A stretch of 64,000 nucleotides of DNA from a virus (lineage: Duplodnaviria > Caudoviricetes), in the IMG/VR virus record IMGVR_UViG_3300017963_000032, positions 15,465-79,464 of that record; one strand, given 5' to 3'. How positions within the stretch are numbered: the first letter of the stretch is position 1; the number at the start of each line of letters is the position of its first letter. A program made the translations under genes and the position numbers. The notes under the pieces are model-generated. The model was not told the origin of the DNA and ran no database searches. It saw only the letters and a program-made list of their open reading frames with translations. Positions 19,474 through 28,937 of this stretch are shown in pieces.

Positions 19474-19894
19474 TTTTTATGAAGAAGGAGACACTTGCCC
19501 AAGCTGTAAGAAAGGGATGCTTGTTGTTGGAGTACCAAGCGAAGCTACTGGTGGCTTGTGTGAGTTGAGATGTCAGGATTGTAATTATGATGCGACCGAT
19601 GATGACACAAAAGGATACACAAAAAATCCATGGGGATGGGAGAAGATAATACACCAGAACAAGAAGTGGACTGTTAAGCTCTTACATATCAAAGCAGGAC
19701 ACCAACTAAGTGAACAGTATCATACTAAGAAAGGAGAGTTTATGTTTGATGAAGAGAAGATGCGTTATTTTCCTGCAAAGACTGTTCATAGGCCTAGCGC
19801 AAAAGGAAGGAAGACAGACCTAGAAATCATAGAGGTCTCAACAAACGTCAAAGATGAGATAGTCAGACTTAAAGATGACTATGGAAGAAAATGA
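19460..19894 (+). CDS. Zn-ribbon plus cupin (mannose-6-P isomerase type II C-terminal-like)
   Basis: CPSC/CQDC, then NPWGWEKI...LHIKAGHQLSEQYH. Confidence 0.7.
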   Translation: MGEDDFYEEGDTCPSCKKGMLVVGVPSEATGGLCELRCQDCNYDATDDDTKGYTKNPWGWEKIIHQNKKWTVKLLHIKAGHQLSEQYHTKKGEFMFDEEKMRYFPAKTVHRPSAKGRKTDLEIIEVSTNVKDEIVRLKDDYGRK

Positions 19895-20622
19895 AAAACT
19901 TAATCTTAGACATGGATGGAGTTATCAGTGAGAGCAGAACTCCTGCAAGTTCTGATATGATTATTGAGCTTGCAAGACTCGCAGAGAAGTACAGGCTTTG
20001 CGTAATCTCTGGAGGAACTTTATCTTTGATGAAGTATCAGTTCTTAGATAGATTACTTGGAGCCCTCCCACAAAGAGTTTACATTGATTTGCTTCCAACA
20101 TCTGGTCTTGCTTATTATAGGACTGCTATGGGCGAGATTGTGGAATGGTATTTTGAAGAGATGCAGCATGACTTGAGGATAAAAATAGTCAGGATTGCAA
20201 GTGAAGTCTTAAAGAAATCTGCAACCAAACCGATTACTCTTGATGTAATTGAAGACAGGCAAACTCAAATTACAATTTCTGTTCTTGGAAGGAGCGCACC
20301 ATTAGAGGACAAAAAAAGATACGACCCGCTTGGAACAAAGAGAAAGCATTTAGTTACCAAGCTGAAGAGATTGCTCCCGTCTGGACTGTCAATTAAGATT
20401 GGAGGCACAACAAGTATAGATATTACAGAGGATGGAAAGGACAAAGGATATGGCCTAAACAGTTACAGAGAGAGAACAGGGATAAGATTCCAAGATTCGA
20501 TGTATATAGGAGATAGCTTGCACAAAGGAGGCAACGATTATCCTGCAAAACTGCTCATGCCAGAGACAAGCTTTAACGTTAATAGCCCCGAAGAAGCCTT
20601 GAAATTGCTTAAAAGTCTGTAA
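19891..20622 (+). CDS. HAD IIB family phosphomannomutase-like enzyme
   Basis: DMDGVI, ISGG, GGTTSIDI...DKGYGL and GDSL..GGND. Confidence 0.85.
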   Translation: MKNLILDMDGVISESRTPASSDMIIELARLAEKYRLCVISGGTLSLMKYQFLDRLLGALPQRVYIDLLPTSGLAYYRTAMGEIVEWYFEEMQHDLRIKIVRIASEVLKKSATKPITLDVIEDRQTQITISVLGRSAPLEDKKRYDPLGTKRKHLVTKLKRLLPSGLSIKIGGTTSIDITEDGKDKGYGLNSYRERTGIRFQDSMYIGDSLHKGGNDYPAKLLMPETSFNVNSPEEALKLLKSL

Positions 20623-20623
20623 G

Positions 20624-20691
20624 AAAAACGAAACATTTATATACTAGCTATACTTACATAAGTGTAAGACGTTAAATCAAGTCGGAGGCGA
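20624..20691 (+). promoter_or_regulatory. promoter with CTTAC-N6-GTAAG operator (copy 1) and RBS
   Basis: AAAAACGAAACATTTATATA, CTTAC(20653)-ATAAGT-GTAAG(20668), GGAGGCGA at 20684. Confidence 0.7.
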
Positions 20692-20696
20692 GACAA

Positions 20697-20999
20697 ATGG
20701 AAATAAAACAAATCGAATCAAAGGTTAAGGACATGGCGCATATATCTGGGTACAAACCAGAAGAGTACAGCAAGTGTGAACTTGTAGATGCACAAAGGAG
20801 AATTAACGCATTGATGTCATGGGCTAATATAAATGAAGATGCAGACCTAATGCAAGCATGTCATAATGTAGCAAAAGAGTTTGTTTGGCAGAAAGGCTAT
20901 GCACAAGAACCTAACGAATATATCCTTGTACAAGAACAGAATATTCACGAATCAGTTCAAAGAGTAATTGATAAGATTAGGGAAGAGAAAAATGAATAA
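20697..20999 (+). CDS. hypothetical protein
   Basis: First gene after the promoter. Confidence 0.6.
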   Translation: MEIKQIESKVKDMAHISGYKPEEYSKCELVDAQRRINALMSWANINEDADLMQACHNVAKEFVWQKGYAQEPNEYILVQEQNIHESVQRVIDKIREEKNE

Positions 21000-21132
21000 G
21001 AAAGAACTCATACAAGAAATGAAGGAAAACATCAAACCATATGCTTTACCAAGAAGTATTAACAGCAGGAGCAAAGCAGAGCTCGAGAAAACTTATGAAG
21101 AAGCTAAGAGACTGGGGTTGACAAAACAATGA
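20992..21132 (+). CDS. 46-aa hypothetical helical protein
   Basis: Read manually: MNKKELIQEMK...RSKAELEKTYEEAKRLGLTKQ*. Confidence 0.45.
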   Translation: MNKKELIQEMKENIKPYALPRSINSRSKAELEKTYEEAKRLGLTKQ

Positions 21133-21773
21133 AGGCCAAAGCTTCTTTTTCAATTCTTTTACCATACTTGATGACAGAGTACGAGCAACTAAAACCTCTT
21201 GCAATAGCAACAGTCAAGGAGGGCACAAGATACAGATGGTACTTCAACTGGGAAGACTTCGAATCAGTTGCAAAGCTCGTAGGAAAAGACATCGAGTTCG
21301 AGAAAGGAGAAATCGAAAGCATGTTGGAAATGAGCCCTGCAATGAAAAGAGCAATAAAGACAGACAGATACAAAGGCACAGGAAAGTTTGAAATCAAATG
21401 GAGAAGCCCTAAGATTTACATTATAGAAACAATCATTAACAAAAAAGTCGTGCAGAAGAAGATACCTGTTGAAGCAATTCAAACAGCATGGGATGTAATG
21501 AGGAATTACCCCATTAACAAACCTATCAAGACCAGAACAGTTGCTGAAAGAATTTGTGACCTCTTAGGAATAGACCGATTCAACAGGGAAGAGTCAGGAA
21601 CATTTGACTTTGCAAAGTTCTTCGGAGAGAGAGCAGACTATTACCGCTACTTTTATGCGCCAATAAAAGTATTGGAGGCCGAGGGGGTGGTCCTCCATCA
21701 TAAAGATGGGCGTGTAGAGAGAACAGTTGACAGCTGGGAATTACAGACTGAGTTCGATGAGGATGTACAATGA
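21129..21773 (+). CDS. hypothetical protein
   Basis: 214-aa coupled ORF. Confidence 0.65.
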   Translation: MKAKASFSILLPYLMTEYEQLKPLAIATVKEGTRYRWYFNWEDFESVAKLVGKDIEFEKGEIESMLEMSPAMKRAIKTDRYKGTGKFEIKWRSPKIYIIETIINKKVVQKKIPVEAIQTAWDVMRNYPINKPIKTRTVAERICDLLGIDRFNREESGTFDFAKFFGERADYYRYFYAPIKVLEAEGVVLHHKDGRVERTVDSWELQTEFDEDVQ

Positions 21774-21937
21774 GCGCAGTATACAAAGTGATGTGCCCCA
21801 AGTGTGGGGGAAAGCAACTTACAGAACCAAGAGGACTAATAACTACTGCTAGGAAGAAGTGTGTTTATTGTGGCAAGAGCTTCAAGATTCACACCCACAT
21901 AGCAAAGAGCAGTACAATATTGGAGCGAGTGAGGTAA
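21770..21937 (+). CDS. Zn-ribbon microprotein
   Basis: Read manually: MSAVYKVMCPKCG...CVYCGKSF. Confidence 0.55.
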   Translation: MSAVYKVMCPKCGGKQLTEPRGLITTARKKCVYCGKSFKIHTHIAKSSTILERVR

Positions 21938-22125
21938 TAAAAATGGATGATATACATGATGTACACTGCACAGACACAGTTGAGAGTTGTAAAGATTGCC
22001 CAAGATACATGGATGATTGCGATGGAATGGAAGGAACAGACGATGACTAGGTTTCACATGAAAATAACCGAAAATTATATATATGACAAGTGTTTAATGA
22101 ATAAAAACACATGCAGGTGATGTTC

Positions 22126-22257
22126 ATGAAAATAGAAGTAGAGGCGGAAGAAACACTCAACAAAAAGGTGCCAGTGACGAAATCACCTTCGCCAGCCATA
22201 TATGTTCCTAAACATTGGGAAGGGCGGAAAATATTGATTATCTTAGAAAAAGAATAA
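22126..22257 (+). CDS. DUF2080/AbrB-like small DNA-binding protein
   Basis: Read manually: KKVPVTKSPSPAIYVPKHWEGRKILII. AGGTGA RBS and own TATA at 22068-22083. Confidence 0.55.
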   Translation: MKIEVEAEETLNKKVPVTKSPSPAIYVPKHWEGRKILIILEKE

Positions 22258-22272
22258 TTGGAGGCGAGATAC

Positions 22273-22719
22273 ATGACAAACGAAATAGAAGGTATCGTAG
22301 AGAATGTCAGTCAAAAGACTGGCGGAATCTGCATAGGTGGAAAGTGGTACAGCAGTACAGACAGAACAAAGAAATTTGTTTTGCAGGCCAACAAAGGAGA
22401 CAAGGTCAAGATAGAGATTGACGATAAGAACGCAGTCAACTTCATCAAGACATTGCAAAAGAATTCTAATTCTGGAGGCAATTCACAACCTATGAATGTT
22501 CCAGAAGAAAGAGTAGAGACCAACGAAGAGCAAAGAAAAAGGGTAGTCGAAAACATGGGCAACATCCATAGAGATTGCATGGAAAAGACTATTGAGAATC
22601 TTAGCTCAGAGAAGTTTACTTTTATGAAGGAACTTCCGATAGACAAGAAGTCAGAGCTCATTGGCCAACAGACTAGCACACTTTTTATCCAAGTATGCAA
22701 GGCTTTAGGGTACAAATAA
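22273..22719 (+). CDS. possible OB-fold ssDNA-binding protein
   Basis: Beta-rich N-terminus IEGIVENVSQK.GGICIGGKWY, low-complexity linker, GGAGGCGA RBS. Confidence 0.4.
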   Translation: MTNEIEGIVENVSQKTGGICIGGKWYSSTDRTKKFVLQANKGDKVKIEIDDKNAVNFIKTLQKNSNSGGNSQPMNVPEERVETNEEQRKRVVENMGNIHRDCMEKTIENLSSEKFTFMKELPIDKKSELIGQQTSTLFIQVCKALGYK

Positions 22720-22734
22720 ACGGAGGCGGAAACC

Positions 22735-22992
22735 ATGGAATTAAAATACAAAGAACTGAACATAAAAGAGAATGATTCAGACGAGACAGCAATAGCAGTA
22801 TTTGATGGACAGACAGGAGCAAGTATGACCATCAAACTTCAGATAAGAGGGGACAAAGAAGAAATCGACAAGTTCTTGAAAGAACACAAGATAACTGCAT
22901 ACAATCAAGTCATCAGTGCAGAGTTCAAGAACAATCAGAAGACTCTTGCAGAGAGTACAAAAAAACCTGAAGAAGAAAAGAAAGCTGAATGA
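22735..22992 (+). CDS. hypothetical protein
   Basis: GGAGGCGG RBS. Confidence 0.55.
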   Translation: MELKYKELNIKENDSDETAIAVFDGQTGASMTIKLQIRGDKEEIDKFLKEHKITAYNQVISAEFKNNQKTLAESTKKPEEEKKAE

Positions 22993-23264
22993 ATACTGAT
23001 AGATACAAAAAGGCTGAAAAACTAATCACTGAAGGGCAAGTAGTACTAGAGTCAAAAACTCAGAAGGCATTGTACTTCAAAGTCAAATGCTATGATGTAA
23101 GAATAGGTATGGAACAGAACAGTTGCACTTGTCATCATTACACTTATGATGCAGGATTAAAAAAGAACTGTTCCCATATCATTGCAGCTGAAGCATATTT
23201 AGTTTTCCAGTCTTATAAGATTGTGAAAAATGGAACCGCTAATAAAAGAAGAAGACCTAAGTAG
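22989..23264 (+). CDS. SWIM-type Zn-finger protein
   Basis: SCTC...NCSHIIA. Confidence 0.7.
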   Translation: MNTDRYKKAEKLITEGQVVLESKTQKALYFKVKCYDVRIGMEQNSCTCHHYTYDAGLKKNCSHIIAAEAYLVFQSYKIVKNGTANKRRRPK

Positions 23265-23436
23265 GAAATGCAAAAATTGTTATTATATGAGGGAGCATTT
23301 AGAGAATGGGGCTGAACTCCCAGTTGACTGTGAAAGAAGAGTGAGGACAAATAACCTTGTCACTCCATGCAAAAACAAACCAGTCATAGAAAAAATGTTC
23401 AAAACTAATGGAGAAGAAGATGATGAAGAAGATTGA
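23230..23436 (+). CDS. Cys-containing hypothetical protein
   Basis: CKNC...C...C. Confidence 0.45.
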   Translation: MEPLIKEEDLSRKCKNCYYMREHLENGAELPVDCERRVRTNNLVTPCKNKPVIEKMFKTNGEEDDEED

Positions 23437-23848
23437 AGAAGGAGTAGGAGACCTTCAGCAACAGATTCAAGATAATGACAGCTTGATGATTTACAAGAAG
23501 CTTCAAGAGAGCAAGAAGTTCAGACGGATGATGGACACACACTTTGATATAAAAGTCAAAGTAGATACCATGGAACCGATAGAGATAACAGATACTGAGA
23601 AAGGACAATCCATGGTTCAGATTGGAATGAAGAGAGGAGTAACAATCAGAGAGAGAAACATTATTGAAAGATTCTTTGCAAGAATATTAATCAGATGTCA
23701 TGAGATAATCAAAAAATTGGAGGCGAGACATAATGACACTACACGAGGAGACTCAGGAACTTCATGTAAATGCAGTGGAGACAAGCACATGCATGATAGG
23801 GAAGGAAAGGGAAGAGACAAAGGAAGGCTGGATAAGCATAAAAAGTAA
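23408..23848 (+). CDS. hypothetical protein
   Basis: ORF whose 3' end overlaps the next gene. Confidence 0.45.
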   Translation: MEKKMMKKIEEGVGDLQQQIQDNDSLMIYKKLQESKKFRRMMDTHFDIKVKVDTMEPIEITDTEKGQSMVQIGMKRGVTIRERNIIERFFARILIRCHEIIKKLEARHNDTTRGDSGTSCKCSGDKHMHDREGKGRDKGRLDKHKK

Positions 23849-23993
23849 AGACCTTCACAAGTACAAGAACCACACACTCAAGATAAAAATTATTGTAGAA
23901 GAGGACTTAGGAATATTCTGTGTCCACTGCAATACTAAACTAGAAGAAGAAAAAAAGATGTGCGCCAAGTGCGGGAGGAAAGTGTTACGATGA
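23733..23993 (+). CDS. Zn-ribbon protein
   Basis: CVHC...CAKC; GGAGGCGA RBS. Confidence 0.55.
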   Translation: MTLHEETQELHVNAVETSTCMIGKEREETKEGWISIKSKDLHKYKNHTLKIKIIVEEDLGIFCVHCNTKLEEEKKMCAKCGRKVLR

Positions 23994-24787
23994 AGATAGG
24001 AGTTATAGGTTGCGGAGTTGTTGGAGGTACAATCCTCACTGGCTATAAAGCTTTAGGTTATGATGTTCTTGGTTATGACCCTTACAAAGATGAATATATA
24101 ACTACATCTTTTGATGATATAACAAAGTGTGATGTTTTATTCTTATGTTTACCAACAGTCCCAGATTCTTCAGATAAGATGATTATGAAACCTTTGGATG
24201 AAACATTTGAGAAACTAAACGAGAGAGAATACAAGGGCTTAATAATTCTGAAGTCAACAGTAATTCCCGGTACTACAAGAAAGTATGCCCTTAAATATCA
24301 GAAGCTAGATATACTCCATAGCCCGGAATTCTTGACAGAAGCAAGAGCAACATTTGATTTCTTCTGCCCTGACAGAATAGTTGTTGGCAGCACAGACAAG
24401 TACATCAATGAACAATTCTTTGAGATTCATAAAATATTCAACTGTCCAATAATGGAAGTTGATGCAGAAACAAGTGAGCTAGCAAAGTTCATGAGCAATG
24501 CTTTCTTTGCAACAAAGGTAAGCTTCGCAAATGAATGGAACGAGATTGCTTTACACTACAGAGCAGACTATGATGCTGCAAAGAGAGTTCTTTACACAGA
24601 CAAAAGAGTTGGAGCTGACCATCTATCCATCAATGAAGACAGAGCTTACGGTGGAATGTGTTTGCCTAAAGATGTGACACAGATAACCAAGGACTTAAAT
24701 GACCAAGGGATAACACCATTGCAGCTTGAAGCTACTGATGATGTCAATGGTAGAACACAGAAATTAATCAAGAGGGATAAACAATGA
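23990..24787 (+). CDS. UDP-glucose/GDP-mannose dehydrogenase family protein
   Basis: IGVIGCGVVG, KSTVIPG, SPEFLTE, ELAKFMSNAFFATKVSFANE, GGMCLPKD. Confidence 0.92.
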   Translation: MKIGVIGCGVVGGTILTGYKALGYDVLGYDPYKDEYITTSFDDITKCDVLFLCLPTVPDSSDKMIMKPLDETFEKLNEREYKGLIILKSTVIPGTTRKYALKYQKLDILHSPEFLTEARATFDFFCPDRIVVGSTDKYINEQFFEIHKIFNCPIMEVDAETSELAKFMSNAFFATKVSFANEWNEIALHYRADYDAAKRVLYTDKRVGADHLSINEDRAYGGMCLPKDVTQITKDLNDQGITPLQLEATDDVNGRTQKLIKRDKQ

Positions 24788-24939
24788 AATGTCCTAAGTG
24801 CGGAAAAGAAGGATGCAAGTACGTTGATGAGAAAAAGCTCAAAGAAGTTGAAGATAAAAATAAAGTGAAAAGGAAAATGTATGCAAGAGATTCAAACAAA
24901 GTCATATGCAACAAATGCGGTTACGAGGGAAACGCATGA
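24784..24939 (+). CDS. Zn-ribbon microprotein
   Basis: Read manually: MKCPKCG...ICNKCG. Confidence 0.55.
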   Translation: MKCPKCGKEGCKYVDEKKLKEVEDKNKVKRKMYARDSNKVICNKCGYEGNA

Positions 24940-25045
24940 CTCTCGCAATCAGTCAGATGTTTTGCCACGTGTTCACCAAGGGGGTTATCTCTTTTCCCTC
25001 CTTTCTTAGCGCAGCTTTTCATAGACTGGCGATGAGGTTTTGAAT

Positions 25046-25165
25046 ATGGCTAAGTGTTATAACTGCGGAAAGGAACTTGAAGACATCATGAAAGAAGAAG
25101 GTTACGAGACAGTGTTCAGATGTCATAATTGTGGCGCTTTGAACAGTGTAAGGGGGGAAGAATGA
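25046..25165 (+). CDS. Zn-ribbon microprotein
   Basis: Read manually: MAKCYNCG...RCHNCG. Confidence 0.5.
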   Translation: MAKCYNCGKELEDIMKEEGYETVFRCHNCGALNSVRGEE

Positions 25166-25301
25166 TGAGTCCGATTGAATTAATCATATGGGAACTTAAA
25201 CAGATAACTGCTGCTGAACTAATCATCATGGTTATCTTGATAATATTCTTGAGTTGGGACATATATAAATTTTCAATGCTCAAGAGATGGAGGAATGAAA
25301 A

Positions 25302-25943
25302 ATGATAAAAGAAATCATAGACAAGCAAGCGCTTGCACTTAATGAAAAGAACAGAGCAGGAAGAAGTCCAACAAGGAATTACTTTTATGCTTCAGAAGCT
25401 GGCAAATGCCACAGAGCAATATTCTTTAGTATGACTGGAGTGAAAGGAAAGCCTAAAGACGCTAGGACAATCAGAATATTTCAGAACGGAGACTCAGTTC
25501 ATGAAAGACTCTGCAAGTATTTGAAAGAAGCAGGCGTTCTAGTTTGTGAAGAGAAAGAGATGAACAATCAATCTCCAGAGATTCATGGAAGAGTTGATGC
25601 AATCGTTGAGCTTAACGGAGAGCAGATTCCTTTGGAGTTCAAGAGCGCAAATATCAGAACTTTAGCTCAACCATATCCTGAACATGTAAAACAGATAATG
25701 CTCTACATGCACGTAGGAAATTACAAGAAAGGAATGCTCGTTTATGAATCAAAGCAGACTCAGGAAATATTTGAGTTCGAGATTGTTTATGATGAAGAGC
25801 ACGCAAAGAAAATCCTAGAATCATTCAAGGAAGTTGAGGAGTGCTACAAGAAGAACGAGACTCCAAAAAGAGCAGATGTAATGGTCAGAGCAAAGTACCC
25901 ATGTACTTACTGTGATTATGCAGACGAGTGCTGGAAGGAATAA
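25302..25943 (+). CDS. Cas4/RecB-like PD-(D/E)XK exonuclease with 4Fe-4S-type Cys pattern
   Basis: ASEAGKC, IHGRVDAI, LEFKS, QIMLY, CTYCDYADEC. Confidence 0.88.
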   Translation: MIKEIIDKQALALNEKNRAGRSPTRNYFYASEAGKCHRAIFFSMTGVKGKPKDARTIRIFQNGDSVHERLCKYLKEAGVLVCEEKEMNNQSPEIHGRVDAIVELNGEQIPLEFKSANIRTLAQPYPEHVKQIMLYMHVGNYKKGMLVYESKQTQEIFEFEIVYDEEHAKKILESFKEVEECYKKNETPKRADVMVRAKYPCTYCDYADECWKE

Positions 25944-25944
25944 A

Positions 25945-26340
25945 ATGCCAGACAAAAAAACAGATGAGATGATTAAGCAAATCAAAGACCAAGAATGCTG
26001 TTGGCCAGATTGTGAGCAGAAGAACATGATGACATGTAGCTTACCATTTGTAAAAGATGTAGATGGAAAGTTAGAGGTTCAACAGGACGTCCAACTTACT
26101 GCACCATTTTGCAAAGACCATTTCATGTACGGAATGTCAGGGTACTTCAGTGTTCTAGAAAGAAATGGAGTCAAACAAATCTATGGACCTTTTGATGTAT
26201 TCAGAATGGCAGAGATTGTTTATGAGACCAAGCAGGTAAAAGAGGGAAAATGTCCACACCATACCAAAGAGGAGCAAGATTCGAATACAGAATCATCTAC
26301 TACCTCCAAGACAAAGCCGCAATCGAAGGCAGAGAAGTAG
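25945..26340 (+). CDS. hypothetical Cys-containing protein
   Basis: CCWPDC...FCKDH. Confidence 0.5.
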   Translation: MPDKKTDEMIKQIKDQECCWPDCEQKNMMTCSLPFVKDVDGKLEVQQDVQLTAPFCKDHFMYGMSGYFSVLERNGVKQIYGPFDVFRMAEIVYETKQVKEGKCPHHTKEEQDSNTESSTTSKTKPQSKAEK

Positions 26341-26642
26341 AGATAGAAAGAAGCATGGGCAGTAAAGGTCCTGCTGATATTAAAGTCTACTGGCCTGACA
26401 TAGATGAGTGGTGGTTCATACAAGCCAAGCTTCACAAAGTTTCGCTAAGCATAAAAGAAAAAGAAGGCTTACAAAGATTGAAGGAAAAGGCTGAAGCAAG
26501 GAAACATAAAGCAAAATGTTTCATGGTATATTCAGTCAAGGACAGGAGAGATAAAAGAAAGAGACCAATCATATGGGAGGAACTCAAACATGAGCAAGCT
26601 GAAAAGACAGATGAAAGAAAACCAAATGATGCGGATGCTTGA
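26250..26642 (+). CDS. hjc: Holliday junction resolvase (Hjc-like)
   Basis: YQRGARFE, RSMGSKGPADI and FIQAK. Confidence 0.8.
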   Translation: MSTPYQRGARFEYRIIYYLQDKAAIEGREVEIERSMGSKGPADIKVYWPDIDEWWFIQAKLHKVSLSIKEKEGLQRLKEKAEARKHKAKCFMVYSVKDRRDKRKRPIIWEELKHEQAEKTDERKPNDADA

Positions 26643-26931
26643 TGATGCATTCAGGAAAGACCGCAACATGGTGAAGATAGGCAAAGGAAATACTAAAGCT
26701 CATGAGAGAACCAAGTTTGATATTTGTTGGGGGTTACTTCAGGAAGACAGAAACTTCGTAACAGAAGCAAGATTCAAGAGCGGAGGAAGAGCAGACGTTT
26801 TTGATATAACTACTGGGGTGGTTTACGAAGTTATCTGCTCTGAAACAAAGAAACAATGCGAGGAGAAAGTAAAGAAGTATCCTTGCGAACTAGAAATAAT
26901 TATCGTGGAGGCGATTAAGGATGGGACATAA
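26590..26931 (+). CDS. PD-(D/E)XK nuclease-like protein
   Basis: HERTK...FVTEARF...RADVFD...YEVI. Confidence 0.6.
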   Translation: MSKLKRQMKENQMMRMLDDAFRKDRNMVKIGKGNTKAHERTKFDICWGLLQEDRNFVTEARFKSGGRADVFDITTGVVYEVICSETKKQCEEKVKKYPCELEIIIVEAIKDGT

Positions 26932-27148
26932 TATAGATTTACAATGGTTGCTTGGATTACCAGCATACATTAGGTGTCCAAAGTGCAAGGAGAAAACAAG
27001 AAGCTGGTTTGATGATTATGACATTGACTGCGGAGAACCTCAATCTAAAGATGGAGTCATGACATTGGATGTACAATGTGACCATTGTGAGGAAGAGATA
27101 CAGTTCAAAGTAGAAATAAAACAAAAGGAGAGTGATTCAGATGAGTAA
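26921..27148 (+). CDS. Zn-ribbon protein
   Basis: CPKC...CDHC. Confidence 0.55.
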   Translation: MGHNIDLQWLLGLPAYIRCPKCKEKTRSWFDDYDIDCGEPQSKDGVMTLDVQCDHCEEEIQFKVEIKQKESDSDE

Positions 27149-27902
27149 GTTAGTATTCGCAGACATTGACTTTTTTAAGAAAGCAATGAAATCAATAAGT
27201 GTTTTGTTATTGGAAGCAACAATAGAGCTTGACCAAGAAGGTATGAGAATCAAAAGCATGGACCCTGCAAACGTGGCCATGGTTGATTTCTACATCAGGG
27301 CTGATACTTTTCCAGAGTATGATGTGAAAGAAGAGGGAGAAAAGCACACATTCAAGGTTGAGACTTTGCTAGCATTCTTGAAAAGAGCTAATGCAAAAGA
27401 CATAGTGACTCTAGAGTTTGATGAGAAGATGCACGTAAAGATTAAGAGCGAGAACAATAAAGAGTTCGGAACTACATTGATTGGTATTGAACCAGACAAA
27501 ACTCCAGACACTGTCAAGTTAGATTTTGATTTTGAAACAACAATGCCTACAGAACAATTCAATTCAGTATGCAATGATATTGCAACCATGGGTGACAGTG
27601 TGGTGCTTGTTGGAGATAAGGAAAGGATTGTCATGAGGGCAGAATCTGACAAGATGGTTGATAGCTTTGGAGAGATTAAATTGTCAGCTGATAACAAGGT
27701 AAAGATGAAGGAAGGAGTTGAAGCTGCAAAGGTCAAGCTGAGTTCGGAGTATATCAACAAGATTGTAGACTCAATCAAGAAGATAACAGAGAATGTTAAG
27801 ATTCAGTTTGGAAATGATTATCCAATACTATTGACGTATTCAATGGCAGATAGAGCTTCTATAAGCTTCTTGGTTGCTCCAAGGGTGGACAATGAGGGAT
27901 GA
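27141..27902 (+). CDS. pcn: DNA sliding clamp PCNA
   Basis: SMDPANVAMVD, FGNDYPI and SFLVAPRV; about 250 aa. Confidence 0.93.
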   Translation: MSKLVFADIDFFKKAMKSISVLLLEATIELDQEGMRIKSMDPANVAMVDFYIRADTFPEYDVKEEGEKHTFKVETLLAFLKRANAKDIVTLEFDEKMHVKIKSENNKEFGTTLIGIEPDKTPDTVKLDFDFETTMPTEQFNSVCNDIATMGDSVVLVGDKERIVMRAESDKMVDSFGEIKLSADNKVKMKEGVEAAKVKLSSEYINKIVDSIKKITENVKIQFGNDYPILLTYSMADRASISFLVAPRVDNEG

Positions 27903-28083
27903 AGAAGAGTTAAAGAAAGAGGAAGATACTCAAGTACGTTGTAGACGATGTAATAGGGTCTTATGGGGCAAGAAATCAGTTGAGGAAGGAATTGGCAAGG
28001 GCTGTAAAAGAAGGGAGTTCTGGGCCAAGCATAAGCCTCTGACGCACTTCTACAACAAAAACGAGAAATCTGAGGGCAATTAA
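27892..28083 (+). CDS. Zn-finger protein (DUF6011-like)
   Basis: RCRRCNRVL...SVEEGIGKGC. Confidence 0.6.
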   Translation: MRDEEELKKEEDTQVRCRRCNRVLWGKKSVEEGIGKGCKRREFWAKHKPLTHFYNKNEKSEGN

Positions 28084-28145
28084 GTGGGACTTCTTTTTTA
28101 AAGGATTCTCGCCTCCAGCCCTTGGACTCGTCTTTTTATTCTTAC

Positions 28146-28207
28146 AAAAACGAAAGATTTATATAGTAGTTATACTTACCTATACGTAAGACGTTAAACG
28201 GAGGCGA
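28146..28207 (+). promoter_or_regulatory. promoter with CTTAC-N6-GTAAG operator (copy 2) and RBS
   Basis: AAAAACGAAAGATTTATATA, CTTAC(28175)-CTATAC-GTAAG(28190), GGAGGCGA at 28200. Confidence 0.7.
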
Positions 28208-28214
28208 AACCAAT

Positions 28215-28937
28215 ATGAAAGTACCAAAATTCCCAAGCATAAAAGGTGTTGAATTGTACCTAGTAGGCGGATGCGTGAGAGATTCCCTAATGGGTCAGAC
28301 TCCAAAAGATTTGGACTATGTTATGATAACAGACAAGTCTTTCGAAGAAGTCGTAAAGCAAATATCAGAGACACCTAACTGCAAAGTATTCCAAGCTAAG
28401 GCAGAGTTCTTAACAATCAGATGCAAGATACAAGACCAGATAGTAGACTTAGTCATGCCAAGAACTGAAGAAGGATACTCAGACCATAGAAGGCCAGACG
28501 AAGTTAAAGGAACAGATTCTCTATTTGAAGATTCCAAGAGAAGAGACTTCACTATAAATTCAATGTACATGGACAAAGAAGGAACCATACTTGATTATCA
28601 TAAAGGAGTGGTTGACCTGAAGAATAAAGTCATCAAGTGCGTAGGCAACCCAAGGGAAAGATTCCAAGAAGATTACCTAAGAATACTCAGAGCTGTCAGG
28701 TTCTCTTGCAGGTTTGGATTCAAAATAGATAAGAGCACACAAAATCATATGATTAAATTATCAGAGAGATTAACTGATGTTGAACAGAACAGAGTCAGGG
28801 AAGAACTAAACAAATCATTGAAGGCAAATCCTAAGTGGACTATGAAATACATCGAAGCATTGAACTTATATAAAACATTATCAGAATTAGGATTACATTT
28901 TGAGCTTAGCTCTAAGGGGGGAGAAAATGATAAGTAA
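28215..28937 (+). CDS. cca: class II tRNA nucleotidyltransferase (CCA-adding enzyme), short form
   Basis: LVGGCVRD...DLD, RRDFTINSM and FQEDYLRILRAVRF (EDxxR). Confidence 0.88.
   Translation: MKVPKFPSIKGVELYLVGGCVRDSLMGQTPKDLDYVMITDKSFEEVVKQISETPNCKVFQAKAEFLTIRCKIQDQIVDLVMPRTEEGYSDHRRPDEVKGTDSLFEDSKRRDFTINSMYMDKEGTILDYHKGVVDLKNKVIKCVGNPRERFQEDYLRILRAVRFSCRFGFKIDKSTQNHMIKLSERLTDVEQNRVREELNKSLKANPKWTMKYIEALNLYKTLSELGLHFELSSKGGENDK

Noticed and set aside
28105-28116. Anti-RBS small RNA (TCTCGCCTCC, complementary to GGAGGCGAGA)
   Set aside because: A single short match in a terminator-like intergenic region, with no promoter or structure to support a discrete RNA.
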